Below are positions 61,350-64,000 of a stretch of DNA of 64,000 bases, one piece after another. The translations under genes and the position numbers were made by a program. Positions within the stretch are counted from its first letter, which is position 1; each line of letters begins with the position of its first letter. Source of the stretch: Trichodelitschia bisporula (taxonomy: Eukaryota); the NCBI GenBank assembly GCA_010356995.1, contig ML996688.1:1834579-1898578 (forward strand), given 5' to 3'. The notes under the pieces are model-generated. The model saw only the letters and a program-made list of their open reading frames with translations. It was not told the origin of the DNA and searched no databases.

Positions 61350-62805
61350 ATGCTGTCCGGAATCCTCATCTTCAACCAAAAAGGCGAAAATCTCATTTTC
61401 CGCTCCTTTCGCTCCGACTGCCGCCCACGGCTAGCCGATATCTTCCGCATCCAGGTCATCTCCAACGTCCATGTCCGCTCGCCCATCCTTACGCTCGGAT
61501 CGACAACTTTCAGCCACATCCGACACGAGAACATTTACTTGGTGGCGGTGACGAAGAGCAATGCAAATGCCGCGCTCGTATTTGAGTTCCTCGAGCGCCT
61601 GCGCGCGCTGGGGAAGAGCTATTTCGGCAAGTTCGATGAGGAGGCCGTGAAGAACAACTTTGTGCTGGTATATGAGCTCCTCGACGGTGGGTACACTTGC
61701 TGCGACGCTTGTGATGGCGACACATGCGCAAATGCTGATGTAGGCAGAGATCCTCGACTTTGGTTACCCGCAGAACACGGAGACGGAGACGCTGAAGATG
61801 TATATTACAACGGAGGGAGTGAAATCGGAGCGCAATATTGTAGGTCCACTGGTGCCACTTCTTGAATGCACTAACCGGAGCAGGAGGATACGTCTAAGAT
61901 CACAATGCAGGCCACCGGCGCGCTATCATGGCGACGATCCGATGTCAAATACCGTAAGAATGAGGCCTTTGTCGACGTCATTGAGGACGTCAATCTGCTC
62001 ATGTCGGCGACGGGCACCGTATTGCGCGCCGACGTCAACGGCCAGATTGTGATGCGCGCATACCTGTCGGGCACGCCGGAGTGCAAGTTTGGGCTCAACG
62101 ACCGGTTGACATTGGGGGAGGACAATCTGGCGCCATCGGGCAACCGCGCCGGCACAAAGGCGACGCGCGCAGCGGCGGGCTCAGTCACGCTTGAGGACTG
62201 CCAATTTCATCAGTGTGTCAAGCTGGGCAAGTTCGACACGGATCGCATTATCAGCTTCGTGCCGCCGGACGGCGAGTTTGAGCTCATGCGGTACCGCGCA
62301 ACGGAGAACGTCAACCTACCGTTCAAGGTACATGCCATTGTCAACGAGGTCAACAAAACCCGTGTCGACTACAGCATCGCCATCCGCGCCAACTACGGCA
62401 GCAAGCTCTTTGCCACAAATGTCGTCATCCGCATCCCGACGCCGCTCAACACGGCGCGCATTAGTGAGCGTGTGTCGCAGGGTAAGGCCAAGTACGAGCC
62501 GGAGCAAAACAATATCGTATGGAAGATTCAACGCTTCTCGGGGCAGTCGGAGTTTGTGCTGAACGCTGAGGCCACGCTGACGTCCATGACGAACCAGAAA
62601 GCATGGAGCCGGCCGCCGCTGAGCCTGAGCTTCTCGCTGCTCATGTTTACGTCGAGCGGCCTGCTGGTGCGGTACTTGAAGGTGTTTGAGAAGAGCAACT
62701 ACAGCAGCGTCAAGTGGGTGCGGTATATGACGCGCGCGGGGAATTACGAGATCCGGTGAGTGCGAATGTCTTTATGAGAGTATGGTCTAACAGCGCAGGT
62801 TTTGA
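61350..62805 (+). CDS. APM4: AP-2 adaptor complex mu subunit (3 introns)
   Basis: [75 protein letters not shown]. Confidence 0.95.
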
Positions 62806-63437
62806 TTACTGCATGGCGTTGGGGTTGGGTTGCATGGCTGCCGATGATCTGGGATGGGATTGCTGGCGGTGGTTCTCTGGAGCTCACGGATGGGCGTGCA
62901 TTTGATGATAGTGTACATAGGTCAGAGCTCCAACCTCGAGGCGATGCTCGAGGACGGATTCGAAGTGGATGTTGCCCAAATACGGATGGTAAAAGGGCCA
63001 GAGTCTCCGTGAGATTGTTTGAGGCTGCGCTTGGCGCGTGTTCAAGTCCCGAAATGGCCGAGGTCGCCAACGTGGCCGATTCCGGTGTGACTCCTGTACC
63101 TCCATACTACTCGAACATTTGGAGCATCAATTCAGCATTGGCCGAGGACATGATCGTCAATGCTCGAGAAGCCCATGCCAGAGATCGGGACGCTGAATGG
63201 CTGGCTGGTAGCTGGAATTCCCAGTCCTCTGGTGTCTGCCTTGTCCATCTCATCCCGTATCCCCCATTGTTATCCACCATCTCGTATTCCCCGCCGTTGA
63301 TCGCTGCACAGCCCCACCACAACCACACGCGTCTCAACTCCACTTAAGCAAAGTCATGCCGATTTCCGTTCTCAATGTCAAGTCACCACATTTTATAACG
63401 CGAAGGAAAATGTGACGCGGCCACTTGAGCCGAAAAA

Positions 63438-64000
63438 ATGCCCGGCGATGATAACAACTACGGGTTCGATGGGAATCCAGATATTTACGGCATTGGTATG
63501 GCCCAAGGCCCTTCTCTCCGCCTCGCTCCTTGACTGATCGCCGGTGAACAGGAATCCGCGTGGGATACTACACGCAGGCGCTCACGATATGGGTTGCCAA
63601 TCTTTGGGCTCCGCAGGAGGCGCCCTTCACTCAGTCGGTCACAATACAGTTCCTGGTAGCGCTCCTCGTCGGCGTGTGCGTACTGTGTCGAAACCCGACT
63701 GATACATACGCCGTGGAGCCATATATGCTAATGCAAGTGGCTTACTACGTAAGTCAAGTTGGCTGACCGAAATTCATTCGCCTCTGATCCCGCAGACCAT
63801 GACCATGAGCTTCCTCGGCCGCCCAACGCCCGAGCTGCTCATCTGGGATGTCCACTACAAGTCGCGCTTCATCCTTGACGGAATTTATCTCGGGATGAGC
63901 AGCTTTGATCTGTGGTTTTGGTGGTTTGGTGTATACCAGCTTAAGCCAACCGCGACACCTCAAGGAACGCCGGTCTTCTTTGTATATTTTGGCCAGACGG
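63438..64000 (+). CDS. 3'-truncated multi-TM fungal hypothetical protein (2 introns visible)
   Basis: GNPDIYGIG|IRVGYY.Q N-terminal motif seen in a fungal membrane protein family, followed by hydrophobic helices. Introns ~63497-63551 and ~63749-63795. Confidence 0.75.

Overview
Eukaryotic DNA from a filamentous ascomycete (Pezizomycotina-type): GC-rich and gene-dense, with short GT..AG introns carrying CTRAC branch sites and a 470-N assembly gap at 3084-3553. It holds about 25 protein genes and two tRNAs (iMet, Asp). Recognisable genes include VPS18/PEP3, EPL1, HOM3, BUR1, NDUFB2, HSF1, RSM27, a V-ATPase f/RNase-kappa-like gene, ELP3, LSC1, AP-2 mu, a DUF89 phosphatase, ketopantoate reductase, an MFS transporter, an HsbA-like protein and an HSL-family esterase. 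Three observations stand out. (1) A six-exon ORF fuses homoserine kinase (THR1) in frame to AIR synthetase (PurM), whereas fungi normally fuse AIRS to GARS (ADE5,7). (2) Two ~215-nt rod-like hairpins lie in tandem behind a TATA box (19557-20019), with G.U pairs and compensatory substitutions, suggesting an unannotated small-RNA precursor cluster. (3) A secreted polyprotein with Kex2-like sites carries six 6-Cys beta-defensin-like modules plus two other repeat types. All calls come from reading the sequence by eye. No database searches or folding programs were run, and exon boundaries are manual.
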